64,000 nucleotides of DNA from a virus (Duplodnaviria > Heunggongvirae > Uroviricota > Caudoviricetes), in IMG/VR virus record IMGVR_UViG_3300020577_007233, positions 125,593 to 189,592 of that record; one strand, given 5' to 3'. This document shows positions 36,233 through 45,722 of the stretch, in pieces; within the stretch, counting starts at the first letter, position 1, and the number at the start of each line of letters is the position of its first letter. A program made the position numbers and the translations under genes. A model generated the notes under the pieces. It was not told the DNA's origin and made no database searches. It saw nothing but the letters and a program-made list of their open reading frames with translations.

Positions 36233-37453
36233 TTACTTTTTTTTTACACTGCTAGCTTCTTTCCAGTTGTAAGCCTTCGCATCAGAGTCTGTAGGATCGT
36301 AACCCCTTTCCCTTGCGAACTTACCTCTAGAATCTTCAAGCCTTGCTTCCATAGTAGCAAATTCTGGCATATATGGACGACGGCGTTGACCAGGCAACAA
36401 CTGATGGTTATTACCTTCTGGAACGTTGCGATCAGTCTCAAATCTCTTGTTCAAATAACCGCCAACCCACTCGCCCTTATCATTGCGATATGGTTGACTA
36501 TACTTGTCCATAATGTTGCCGCGCCAAAATGTTTCAAAATCAACGGCATGATCATCCATTATGAAACCGTGATCTTTAGCTCTAATCCAAACATGCCAGT
36601 CGCTTCCAATAACACCTGTATTGCTGTGAGGAAGCATTCTAATTGAATTTGGTCCAAAGTTCAAAAACTCAGAATGCAAAGAGCCTGCATACGCTTGAGC
36701 CTGCTTCTTGAGATTGAACGAAGACGCCTCTTTCTTGATAACCTTGCAAGAAGCCGCCTTCTTAGCAAATTGCTCAATCAACTTGTTTGCTTCGGAAATT
36801 GATTTCTCAACAGAAGCCTGAATGTATTCTGCGCTCACTTGATCCTCTCCTTGGCCTCTGCCATGTATAGCCTTAAAAATCTCTGCCGAAAGGATTGTCT
36901 TGTCAGCTTCGTCTTTACCAGGTTCGTAATATCGCTGGATTGAATCTCTTACCATAGGCTGAGATTCCGCTGGTGTCATTTCTAGAAGTTGATTAACAAA
37001 ATCTGGATTCTGAGCGTTGCTATCTAGAATCTGCTGAAGTTCTTGAGGAGTATTGAACGACAATCCTGTTTCTTCATCAGAGACTTCTGCTCCCATAGAG
37101 TCGTCAGCCATTGGTTGTTCAGCAGGCATCCCCATGTCTGTAGGCATAGCAGTCATTTGCTGAGAAATCTTTGTTAGATCAAAATACGATGATGCCATCG
37201 CAAGTTCTGGTTCTTGGCTAACGTCATTTTTCATTTCGGTTATTTCGCCTTGATTGTCTCTTGATATGTTCACTGTATCCTGAAATGCTGTTTGAAGAGC
37301 GTTTAGAAACGTTTTCTTCTCAGCAGAAGGAACCCCTTGAGGAATAATAGGCCTAACTGCCGCAAGCTCGCGATTGGCGTCTTCAACCTGTTCTATAGGC
37401 ATTTTGGCAACAGCCATTTGGTTAGCAGCAGATGGTCCTATCGTTCCTTCCAT
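36233..37453 (-). CDS. Hypothetical head-region protein (406 aa)
   Basis: TAATG-coupled start. Contains FNLKKQAQ and a FETFWRGNIMDKY segment. Ends in A_AAA_AAG_TAA. Confidence 0.7.
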   Translation of the reverse strand: MEGTIGPSAANQMAVAKMPIEQVEDANRELAAVRPIIPQGVPSAEKKTFLNALQTAFQDTVNISRDNQGEITEMKNDVSQEPELAMASSYFDLTKISQQMTAMPTDMGMPAEQPMADDSMGAEVSDEETGLSFNTPQELQQILDSNAQNPDFVNQLLEMTPAESQPMVRDSIQRYYEPGKDEADKTILSAEIFKAIHGRGQGEDQVSAEYIQASVEKSISEANKLIEQFAKKAASCKVIKKEASSFNLKKQAQAYAGSLHSEFLNFGPNSIRMLPHSNTGVIGSDWHVWIRAKDHGFIMDDHAVDFETFWRGNIMDKYSQPYRNDKGEWVGGYLNKRFETDRNVPEGNNHQLLPGQRRRPYMPEFATMEARLEDSRGKFARERGYDPTDSDAKAYNWKEASSVKKK

Positions 37454-38235
37454 TACTTGTTTTCCTTGTTTCTTTCAGCAAGAACCTTATAGAGCCTATC
37501 AACGCTGTCGTTGTGCATGCTTCTGTAGGAAGACTCTTTGCTTTGATCAACAATACCATCGACAAAACGAGCCGTAACATCCTTGGAAGAAAGAGCCTTA
37601 GAGGCCTGCTTTACTTGAGCTTGCTTCTCTTCTTTCTTAACGGTTGGGTTGACTCTTTCAGTAAGAGCGGTTAATCTATCAAAGTTGGTGTTTTCGTCAA
37701 ACATGCTAAGCTTGTTTGCAGGAACCCAACCCTTGCCGCTAGATGTTGCAGACGCAGGAGATACAGAAGAAGCCTTCTTTGAAAGCTCCAAAGCATCATC
37801 ACCAAGCTTCGGACTCATGCTTTGCTTATACTCTGCCTGCTTCTTCTGTCGAATAGATTCAACTGATTCTTTCTCAAGCTGAGTCGCTTCCTTTGAAGAA
37901 ATAACATTCGCTGCTCTAGAAAGAACTTCAGAATCCCAAATGGAATTCTTGCCTGTTACATTGACATGCTTTGTTGGACCACCAATATCGGTAATGCCAC
38001 CGTCAGCAGCGCAGCGAGCAGGACGAACGCTAGAGCTTCTGCGAGCAACAGGGTTGTTGTACTCAGTACGATCATAGCCCTTCTCTTCTGCCCACGAACG
38101 ATCTCTTGGTTCCGCCTTCTTCGCGGACTTCATTTCAGGCTTACGATTTGCAAGCTCTTTACGGTAATCAATCTTGCCGTTTTGGTTCAATAGACCATCG
38201 ACAAAGCTAGAATTTTCTGTTTGCTTACGAAGCAT
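37453..38235 (-). CDS. Hypothetical head-region protein
   Basis: Start moved to MLRKQ (GGAGG 5 nt upstream). Confidence 0.7.
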   Translation of the reverse strand: MLRKQTENSSFVDGLLNQNGKIDYRKELANRKPEMKSAKKAEPRDRSWAEEKGYDRTEYNNPVARRSSSVRPARCAADGGITDIGGPTKHVNVTGKNSIWDSEVLSRAANVISSKEATQLEKESVESIRQKKQAEYKQSMSPKLGDDALELSKKASSVSPASATSSGKGWVPANKLSMFDENTNFDRLTALTERVNPTVKKEEKQAQVKQASKALSSKDVTARFVDGIVDQSKESSYRSMHNDSVDRLYKVLAERNKENK

Positions 38236-38998
38236 TTGTACCTCCAAACCCTTGTTTCATAAGAGAGTTAACTATACTTGAACGGCTCTCTTTGATGAGG
38301 GCGTTCCTTGAGGATGCGGCTCTTGCCATTTGCTGCTTACCACCACTGATAAGAGCATCCAACGAACTGTTTGTCATATCACTGTTGTCTTGGACCAAAA
38401 CCTGGAAGTTGAACTTATAGTTATTGCCTGGGGCATAAGTAAAGTTCATCTTTGTAACACCAAACTTTGAACCAAGTTGCTTAGCAACATTCCAAGCTTC
38501 TTCTTTGGATATGGCTTTTGATTGAGTTTTGCTTGGAAGAATAAAGAAACCCTTGGCCTCTCCGTTTCCAATAACTTCTTCGTCAATATGAAAGAACTTT
38601 TCAGCGTGCTGTGGGTGATTGAACATTCTTGGTTCAATACCCAAGCCTTCCATAATTTTGAAATACGCATCTCTGAAATCATCTCCAACTTGAGTAGAGT
38701 CGGATTCTGAACCTTGGCTGCCAGAGTTCGGGCTAATTTTCCCAGCAATATCTGGACCACCACCAACTGCGTCATCTAGTTCTTGTTGACTTGGAACATT
38801 AGGCTTTACTGCTGGCTGTTGCTTTTGTTGTTGGAGTGTATTACCAAGTTGTCCAATTGGATTAAATCCAGCATCTCCCCCTTGCTTGCCACCAATATCC
38901 TCTTGCTCAACTCCTGAGCGAGGGGCAGGTGTGCCAGCATTCGGGGTGGATTGCTGGAACTTCATCAATCGACGATTGCCGCTTGGAACAATAGCCAT
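38225..38998 (-). CDS. Hypothetical head-region protein
   Basis: Start moved to MAIVP (AGGAG 7 nt upstream). Confidence 0.7.
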   Translation of the reverse strand: MAIVPSGNRRLMKFQQSTPNAGTPAPRSGVEQEDIGGKQGGDAGFNPIGQLGNTLQQQKQQPAVKPNVPSQQELDDAVGGGPDIAGKISPNSGSQGSESDSTQVGDDFRDAYFKIMEGLGIEPRMFNHPQHAEKFFHIDEEVIGNGEAKGFFILPSKTQSKAISKEEAWNVAKQLGSKFGVTKMNFTYAPGNNYKFNFQVLVQDNSDMTNSSLDALISGGKQQMARAASSRNALIKESRSSIVNSLMKQGFGGTNAS

Positions 38999-39034
38999 TA
39001 CAGAACTCCTAAATAGAAATATCAACAAGCCAAA

Positions 39035-39724
39035 TTACTTGTCGGCGAACATTGCATCAACATACTCTTTAGGGAAAAGATTTCCCCAATACTTCTTCCA
39101 TTCAGCCTTGGTCTTGGAGTCGAGATTGGCGATTCTTGTCATTCTGCGAGAATGAGCTTCCTTCTTCTCTTCGGACTTAGCTTCGGACTTAGCCTCAGAC
39201 TTGCCGCTCTTTTCGCCTTCGCTTCCGTCATCACCCTTAGAGGTTGGAGCGCCACAGCACTTGTCTGGGGTATGAGTTACGCCCTTGTTTGCTGGGTCAA
39301 CATCAGAGTTGGCAGCAACCTTAGAAGCCTTAGACTTAGCTTCCTTTTTCTTTTCACCTTCGGTCTTGCCAGTGTTTGTGCCGCCAACAGGATCCATTTC
39401 CTGCATTTCAACGACGACTTCGCCATCTTTATTTGGCTTCCTGTCTTCCTTGGCTACCTTGACTTCCTTCTCGGTAGTAGCGCAGCATTCTTCTTTCTTG
39501 GCTTCCTTCTCAGGAGCCTTCTTGCCTTCCTTTTCGCCCTCTTCTTTTTCCTTTCCGAAAGGAGGAGCTTTCTTGTCTCCGAGATTGCTAATGTTGGCTT
39601 TCTTTACAGGAGTCTCTGCTGCTGCTGTCTTGGCAAGGCTAGCGTTGCTTTCTGCAAGCTTCTTGACAAAATCAGAGAACTGACCTGCCTTACTGGTTGA
39701 AATTCTGTTTGTGATAAACTTCAT
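39035..39724 (-). CDS. Lys/Glu-rich low-complexity protein with C-terminal YWGNLFPKEYVDAM motif
   Basis: Start MKFITN with AGGAG RBS. Confidence 0.7.
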   Translation of the reverse strand: MKFITNRISTSKAGQFSDFVKKLAESNASLAKTAAAETPVKKANISNLGDKKAPPFGKEKEEGEKEGKKAPEKEAKKEECCATTEKEVKVAKEDRKPNKDGEVVVEMQEMDPVGGTNTGKTEGEKKKEAKSKASKVAANSDVDPANKGVTHTPDKCCGAPTSKGDDGSEGEKSGKSEAKSEAKSEEKKEAHSRRMTRIANLDSKTKAEWKKYWGNLFPKEYVDAMFADK

Positions 39725-39803
39725 ACAATACACTCCTTTTTGAATCTGATAGGCTTTGCCTTAAGATTGATTTCTTTGCTATCTTGCAAAATTCCTTCTT
39801 AGA

Positions 39804-41390
39804 TTATGGTTTTTGGGTCGGAACGCTCGACTGAGAACCTTGTAATCTTTTCTTCCAATCCAAAATCTGCTGAACACCAGTCGCATCTAGGCTTTGTAGA
39901 TACTTGATAGTCTCAGGATCAAGGCTCTTGATAATGTCTTTTGCCTTCTGCTTTGTGGTTTTTGTTGCCAAAGGATTGCTTGACGGCGCTGGATTCAAGT
40001 TAGCTAACTTGAAATAGGGTTCCGAAGAAGCTCCTTTTTGCTGAGACTGCAATAGCTTCCAAACCTCTTCAAAAAGATCAACTGGAATGCTTTGAACTTG
40101 GTTATTAGGCACACCTGTTGGCGGCAAGCTTGCATTCTTAGGCTTAGCTGCTGGCTTAACTCCAGGCAAGAATGGCTTCTTAGCCGCTGGTGCTGCCGCT
40201 GGATTTGCCGCTGGATTTGCCGCCGGTGCCGCGGGCTTATTAGCTGCGGGAGCGGCTGGGTTTGCTACTGGCGGAACCGCTGCTGGTGCCGCTGCTGCGG
40301 GAGCGGCTGGCGCTGCGGGAGCTACAGGATTAACTGCTGCTGGCGCTTGAGGCGCTGCTGGGCCTCCACCTACTGGCGCTTGAGGGCCGCCCGCTGGACC
40401 GCCACCTTGCTGAGGACCACCTTGCTGAGGACCACCTTGCTGAGGACCACCTTGTTGAGGACCAAAATTACCCTTCAAAACAGCATCAAGTGATTGCATA
40501 ACCTTTGGTAAGGCCTTTCCAAAATCTACATCAGTAGGAGCGTTGTTAGCAACGCTAATAGCCTGCAACGCAGATGTTGCATATTGTTTTTGCTGAGGAG
40601 TTGACGTTGGAGAATTCGCTACGTTGCTAAGTGTATTTTCTGTTTCTTTGAACAATTGCTTAGATGTTTGCCAAGCCGCCTGAGCTTTAGCAAAGCTATC
40701 TTGAAACTGTTTTCCGCTTTGAGAAAGTTGTTCTCTTATAGACTTGAGCTTGCCAATAAAGGCGGTGTTTCCTGCCCAATTACTAATGCCTTGTCCTACG
40801 CCACGAAAAAAATCCATTGGGCCTGCCTCCTTAAGCAGCCCTTGAGCGGCTTCGGAGAGCTTATTTGCAAGATGGGGCTTCGAGACAAGCTCAGAAGCAA
40901 TCTCTAAAAGCTCATTACTTGCAGCAATGGCCTGTTCTTGAGGAATATTAGCAACGTCTTCAACTGAAGCAAAAATAGCATTACCAAGGTCAAGGCCTGA
41001 AGCAAGCTTTTGATCAATGACTTCCGCTATTCTCTTGTCAATCTCGTTATACTTGTCAATTGCAGAAGCGGTCTTTACAAAAGGTTCGTTTCGGCTTGCG
41101 TACTTATCCCATTTGGAACCATCATTGTTGATAGACTCGACATACTCTGCATGGCATTCCGTCCAAACTTGTTGAGCAGCTTTTGTTGGGGTTTCTAGTC
41201 TCTTCTTGCGATAGCAATTGCCCCAGCATCTAGAATTTCGTATGGCATAGCCTTGCATGCCTACATACTGAGCAACCTTGATATTCAAAGCATTACTAGC
41301 AACAGCATCAACCCTTGACGCCAGAGCAGCCAGACCTTGTTCGTCAAGCTGGTTTGCAATAGATGCGAGTAGCTTTATTGTGTTTTCCAT
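39804..41390 (-). CDS. Hypothetical protein with N-terminal Cys motif (RCWGNC..ECH) and Pro/Ala/Gln-rich linker
   Basis: Start moved to MENTIK (AAGGAG 9 nt upstream). Confidence 0.7.
   Translation of the reverse strand: MENTIKLLASIANQLDEQGLAALASRVDAVASNALNIKVAQYVGMQGYAIRNSRCWGNCYRKKRLETPTKAAQQVWTECHAEYVESINNDGSKWDKYASRNEPFVKTASAIDKYNEIDKRIAEVIDQKLASGLDLGNAIFASVEDVANIPQEQAIAASNELLEIASELVSKPHLANKLSEAAQGLLKEAGPMDFFRGVGQGISNWAGNTAFIGKLKSIREQLSQSGKQFQDSFAKAQAAWQTSKQLFKETENTLSNVANSPTSTPQQKQYATSALQAISVANNAPTDVDFGKALPKVMQSLDAVLKGNFGPQQGGPQQGGPQQGGPQQGGGPAGGPQAPVGGGPAAPQAPAAVNPVAPAAPAAPAAAAPAAVPPVANPAAPAANKPAAPAANPAANPAAAPAAKKPFLPGVKPAAKPKNASLPPTGVPNNQVQSIPVDLFEEVWKLLQSQQKGASSEPYFKLANLNPAPSSNPLATKTTKQKAKDIIKSLDPETIKYLQSLDATGVQQILDWKKRLQGSQSSVPTQKP
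40402..40464. repeat. 15-bp coding tandem repeat x4 (PQQGG)
   Basis: ccaccttgctgagga x3 plus ccaccttgttgagga. Confidence 0.9.
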
Positions 41391-41403
41391 AAAATCTGGC
41401 TCC

Positions 41404-42375
41404 TTATCGTACCACGAACTTCGGCTTAAACGTTCTTCCAACAAACGAGAATGTCTTAATATTTTGCATGCGGAAGGCTCGAATTCCTCCTACAGTTTCA
41501 TCAAAAGTTACAAGAACCTCTCTTGAAGGTTCCGAATCGGGGTGAGATGTGAACCTACCATGAGGTTCTATGTATCTTGTTATCATATTGTTGCCAAACA
41601 TCCTTGTTCCCTTCCTTTTGGAAGTTGTTTGATAGGAGATTTTCATAACCTCCTTGTTCTCTTGGCCCCAGTTGAAAGCGTCCGAGATGTTTGAAAAGCG
41701 AGGAATCCTCTCTTCAAGATCTTCGACATTTTGTGGTTCTAACTCTTCAGGAAGCGGAGGTTCCTCTTGTGGAAGGCCTTCTTGTTCCTGCATGTCTTTC
41801 TGTTCTTCGATAGAATCTTCTAAGTATTGCCCAATCTCGTCAGGACTAAGAACAGGAAGATTTGGATCTTCTTGCTTCATAGGTTGTTGACTCTGTTGTG
41901 CATCATAATGATCAAAGTAATCAGACAGCGTTGGAAACTGATTGGCTATATCGTCTGGCAAGGATTGAGCAAGCCTAACGGATTTAGTTGACTCTTTCGA
42001 GTTGCGTTTTGCAAAAAGAATGAATGAGTCTTTCTTGTTAATGATTATTCTGTCACCAACTCTTATTCCGTTCGAATTAAAAAACCCAACGTTTGCCTCA
42101 ATTGCGTACTTACAAGGCAAGCCGCTACTAACTGCTCTTCTAGACAATGGATCAATACGATCAATTTTGACAATACTGTTTCTTTCGTCAACAAAAGCTA
42201 TGTCTAAAGGCAAATAGGTGTTCTCTCCCCAAAAAGACAATTTCTGTACCGAACCAAAGACAAATAGCATTCCCTCTTTTTGTCCAAGACTTTTAACGAA
42301 CATCAAACCCTTAGCTTGTTGCTCAGGAGTATCCGCAATCTTGACATTGAGTGTTGGGACTGTGTTAATTTCCAT
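41404..42375 (-). CDS. DUF192 domain - acidic linker - WYL-like domain fusion
   Basis: IADTPEQQAKGLMF...GMLFVF...FW..NT.LPLDIAFVD...YAIEAN.G (DUF192). C-terminal ISY...TRYIEP...VTFDETVGGIRAFRMQNI (WYL-like). Confidence 0.75.
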   Translation of the reverse strand: MEINTVPTLNVKIADTPEQQAKGLMFVKSLGQKEGMLFVFGSVQKLSFWGENTYLPLDIAFVDERNSIVKIDRIDPLSRRAVSSGLPCKYAIEANVGFFNSNGIRVGDRIIINKKDSFILFAKRNSKESTKSVRLAQSLPDDIANQFPTLSDYFDHYDAQQSQQPMKQEDPNLPVLSPDEIGQYLEDSIEEQKDMQEQEGLPQEEPPLPEELEPQNVEDLEERIPRFSNISDAFNWGQENKEVMKISYQTTSKRKGTRMFGNNMITRYIEPHGRFTSHPDSEPSREVLVTFDETVGGIRAFRMQNIKTFSFVGRTFKPKFVVR

Positions 42376-42485
42376 ACTGAATTGTTCCTTTTTTCAGACC
42401 GTTTCCCTTTATTTGTTTTAGTAGATAGGACTTTTTGAATGCGATTTGTAAATATAGCTGTCGATCAGAAATGGAGGTTAATACT

Positions 42486-42755
42486 ATGCTCAATCTAATC
42501 AAATTTGTCCTCAAAGTCCTGTTCGGAAATAGTGCCTCTGGTACTCTTATCGTATCTTCTTCGGTTCCTCAAGTCGATATCAAGACCGGATGGACACCAA
42601 AGCATGTTTTTATCAGCCTTGAAAACAATCATGGTACGCCGGTTTGCGGCGCTCACAATGATTGGTTTGACGTAAAGATCGTCCATCATGGGTTTATTAT
42701 TCAGTGTAACGTCAAGAGTAGTTTCAGAAAAATAACATGGATAGCAACAGAGTAA
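42486..42755 (+). CDS. Small beta-rich protein (possible H-type-lectin/gp53-like fold)
   Basis: GGAGG RBS 8 nt before ATG 42486. C-terminal GFIIQ..V...R.ITWIATE pattern. Confidence 0.55.
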   Translation: MLNLIKFVLKVLFGNSASGTLIVSSSVPQVDIKTGWTPKHVFISLENNHGTPVCGAHNDWFDVKIVHHGFIIQCNVKSSFRKITWIATE

Positions 42756-43726
42756 ATATCGTCGGTTGGTATAACAGGAAGAACTGCGGAGACGAAAGCT
42801 ACAAAGAAGCTTTCCCTAGACTCTTTCCGCAGTACGATTTTGTTTTCTCAGACTGCCCCGTAAAGGATGCGGACGCCTATATCATAGGCGGAGGAGATGT
42901 TCTTACCAAAAAACTACTCCAAACCTTCACTGCGATTGATAAGCCCAAGCACATTATGTCGGTAACTGTTTCTGAAGATTTCGATTCTCAACTTCTAAAA
43001 GGCTACAGAACAATTATCGTAAGAGACAAAAATTCCAGAGAAAGACTACTAAAAAGCGGTGTTGACTCTCTTTTGTATCCTGACTTTTCTTTCTGCCTTG
43101 ATTACAACAAAGAAAGAGGACACGCCCTTGTTCAAAAGCTCTTTGCAGCCAACAAGCACGAACTTTATCACAAGAAAATCGGAATCGTAATCAACGGACA
43201 CCTCTTACCTCCGCATGGGGCTTCTGCGTTTGAACAGTCAAGATTCGAACGATTTGCCTTTGATCTCTCTATAGCAATAGACCAAACTCCTGCAAGCTTT
43301 GTTTTCATTCCATTCAGCACTAAACAGCCCTGGGACGATAGAATCTCTAATGGCATAGTCGCTAGTAGATGTAAGTGGTGGAAGAAGAATGCAATTTTCT
43401 TTGATGATCTTAGCGTAACAGATACCCTTGACATAATCTCATCATGCGATAGCGTAATAAGCACTCGCCTTCATTCTTCCATCTTTTCAACCGCAACAGA
43501 AGTACCGTTTATTGATATTACACACAACCACAAGAACAGGTACTTCCTAGAAACGATAGGATATCAAAAGAACTCAATTGGTTTTGCCGACTTCAGTTCA
43601 ACAAAAATGGTTTCTCTGGCGAAAAACTTGCTTTCGGACACTAATAACAATGAAGAGATAGGCAGTATAGCGTCAATGAATAAGTTTTTGTTGAACGAGC
43701 TAAAGAAGAATATGCTACTAACATAA
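42737..43726 (+). CDS. Polysaccharide pyruvyl transferase family protein
   Basis: VGWYNRKNCGDE, IIGGGDVL, IIVRDKNS, YPDFSF and VISTRLHSSI motifs. Confidence 0.85.
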   Translation: MDSNRVNIVGWYNRKNCGDESYKEAFPRLFPQYDFVFSDCPVKDADAYIIGGGDVLTKKLLQTFTAIDKPKHIMSVTVSEDFDSQLLKGYRTIIVRDKNSRERLLKSGVDSLLYPDFSFCLDYNKERGHALVQKLFAANKHELYHKKIGIVINGHLLPPHGASAFEQSRFERFAFDLSIAIDQTPASFVFIPFSTKQPWDDRISNGIVASRCKWWKKNAIFFDDLSVTDTLDIISSCDSVISTRLHSSIFSTATEVPFIDITHNHKNRYFLETIGYQKNSIGFADFSSTKMVSLAKNLLSDTNNNEEIGSIASMNKFLLNELKKNMLLT

Positions 43727-43736
43727 GGAGTCGCAC

Positions 43737-45011
43737 ATGTTTATTCTCTATGACGAAAATAACATCATACGAGCGATCTCAACTACCAGAGCTAAGGGCG
43801 AAAACCTTACAACTCTAAAGGTAAAGAAAGATCGCAATTGGGAAAAACTCATCTACAAAAAACTTCCTGCCGACATTCTTCAAAGCATTGGGTGTAGCAA
43901 CAAAAAACTGAATAGCGAACTTAGAATCGCCATTGTCTGCAACTGGAAAGACAGGTGCGGCATATCAACCTATAGCCAGTTCGTTGTAGATGCGCTCAGA
44001 CCAAAGGTAAAAGAAATAGCCATCTTCTCTGAGCATGTCGAAGGCGATACCCAGGTCGAAGAAAAAGGAATGGTACGTTGCTGGAAGAGAGGAGAAGACC
44101 TAACAGACCTTATTCAGCGACTCAAAGCCTATAAAGCTGATTTTGTAATCATTCAGCATGAATACGGCATCTTCCCCAATGCATTCAAGTTTATGCAACT
44201 TATGCAGGCTTTGGAAAACACTCCATATGTAGTGGTAATGCACAGCGTCTATCGCCATCTTGACAAAGCTGTTTACAGCGAAAGTGCAAAGAATATCATA
44301 GTCCATTCCAATGAAGCCAAAAAGGTTCTCAAAGAAATGGGTAACACGAATAACATCTTTACAGTACCTCACGGCTGTATTCAGTCTGGCGACGTAAGCG
44401 AACTTTGGAACATTTGCATTAGCCCATACACTATAGTCCAGTTTGGATTTGGATTTTCTTACAAAGGAGTAGATAGAGCGCTAAGAAGCATCGCTCATCT
44501 AAAAGCCTCTGACAAAAAGTATGAAAAGATACAGTACATCTATCTGTGCAGCACAAACTCTCATAATAGCGCAGCAAATTCAGAGTATTGTAAACGACTC
44601 ATGACTATGGCGAGAGAACTCAACATAGAATCAAATATCGTTATCATACAGAAGTACCAGACAGAAAGTATGATCAACCTCTATCTAAGGTTGGCTAAAA
44701 TAGCAATCTTCCCTTACATCATTGATCCAAACAACGAAGTCTTTGGAGCAAGCGGTGCGATTCGTATTGCTCTTGCCAACAAAAGGCCTGTACTTGCAAG
44801 CGAAAGTCATTTATTTGACGATCTTCAAGGCGTTATTCCTAGACCAAAGAACCATATAGAACTTGCTCAAGAAATAGATAAGATCTTCAGTTCCGAGACG
44901 TATCGTAACGACTTGATCTCAAGTGGCTATTCGTTTGTTGAAAGAAACTCTTGGGATGCTACTGCCAATAAATACCTTGAGGTATATCAGTCAATAGCTT
45001 CTTATTCATAA
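43737..45011 (+). CDS. GT4-family glycosyltransferase
   Basis: CGISTYS, DFVIIQHEYGIF, IIVHS, FGFGFSYKGVD, GASGAIRIALANKRPVLAS and SWD..A..YL motifs. AAGGAG RBS. Confidence 0.85.
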   Translation: MFILYDENNIIRAISTTRAKGENLTTLKVKKDRNWEKLIYKKLPADILQSIGCSNKKLNSELRIAIVCNWKDRCGISTYSQFVVDALRPKVKEIAIFSEHVEGDTQVEEKGMVRCWKRGEDLTDLIQRLKAYKADFVIIQHEYGIFPNAFKFMQLMQALENTPYVVVMHSVYRHLDKAVYSESAKNIIVHSNEAKKVLKEMGNTNNIFTVPHGCIQSGDVSELWNICISPYTIVQFGFGFSYKGVDRALRSIAHLKASDKKYEKIQYIYLCSTNSHNSAANSEYCKRLMTMARELNIESNIVIIQKYQTESMINLYLRLAKIAIFPYIIDPNNEVFGASGAIRIALANKRPVLASESHLFDDLQGVIPRPKNHIELAQEIDKIFSSETYRNDLISSGYSFVERNSWDATANKYLEVYQSIASYS

Positions 45012-45364
45012 CGAAAACCACATCTATCAAGCATTGACGTAACATACTCTACATCAGAGTCGTTAACGTCTATTGCAATACTACTTGTTGTGGTTTCTGT
45101 CTCGTTGATTGCTACAAGCGGCTTATTTGCCCGAACCCAAGACATTATCCGATCTTTGTTGTCTACGTCCACTATCTTTGAGACAACTAAATCTTCAACG
45201 TATGGAATCATACGTTTTTGATCAAGATCGTATTTGAACTTTAAGACGCCTCCGCTAATAGCGTGCATCTTACCCTCAAGAACGTCATACCACAGGTGCT
45301 TGCTAACGACATTACGCTTTTGCTTTGTCTGACGCCGTTCTATTTCAAGATAGATAGTTTTCAT
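45002..45364 (-). CDS. Hypothetical protein
   Basis: 120-aa ORF whose stop overlaps the convergent GT4 stop. Confidence 0.55.
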   Translation of the reverse strand: MKTIYLEIERRQTKQKRNVVSKHLWYDVLEGKMHAISGGVLKFKYDLDQKRMIPYVEDLVVSKIVDVDNKDRIMSWVRANKPLVAINETETTTSSIAIDVNDSDVEYVTSMLDRCGFRYE

Positions 45365-45722
45365 TCTTCAGTCTTTTATACCAATTCATTCTCTTATCAT
45401 TGGAAGACTTTTTAGACAAAGCAAATGTATCGTCATTCAGTATCATAACCTTGATGGACTGTGCGCCTTTTTCGGTTATCTTGAGGTAATTTCCTTGATC
45501 TTCCACCAAACCAGCAGCTTCCATCTTTTTGATGTCGGAAGACTTTAGGTTTGACGGCTTAAGGAACTTGCGATTCGCTGTTTTACCGGAACCATCCCAT
45601 ATAGAATAAAGAGCTTCATTAGCGGGATCTTTCCTATTGATGATTCTTGACCTTACATCCTGTAGCGCAGGCATAATCTGAATCAAAATGTCAAGCAAAG
45701 ACTGTTGTGCTGTTTTTTCCAT
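45345..45722 (-). CDS. Small protein with possible winged-helix segment
   Basis: IKKMEAAGLVE...LKITEKG pattern. TAATG-coupled start (MEKTAQ). Confidence 0.55.
   Translation of the reverse strand: MEKTAQQSLLDILIQIMPALQDVRSRIINRKDPANEALYSIWDGSGKTANRKFLKPSNLKSSDIKKMEAAGLVEDQGNYLKITEKGAQSIKVMILNDDTFALSKKSSNDKRMNWYKRLKNENYLS

Noticed and set aside
34086-40464. CRISPR-like arrays at the 24-bp and 15-bp tandem repeats
   Set aside because: The repeats are contiguous with no spacers, are multiples of 3 and encode low-complexity linkers.
39734-42485. Sigma70-like promoters in intergenic gaps (39734-39803, 42376-42485, 23375-23421)
   Set aside because: Only partial -35/-10 matches with poor spacing, and no shared late-promoter consensus could be established by eye.
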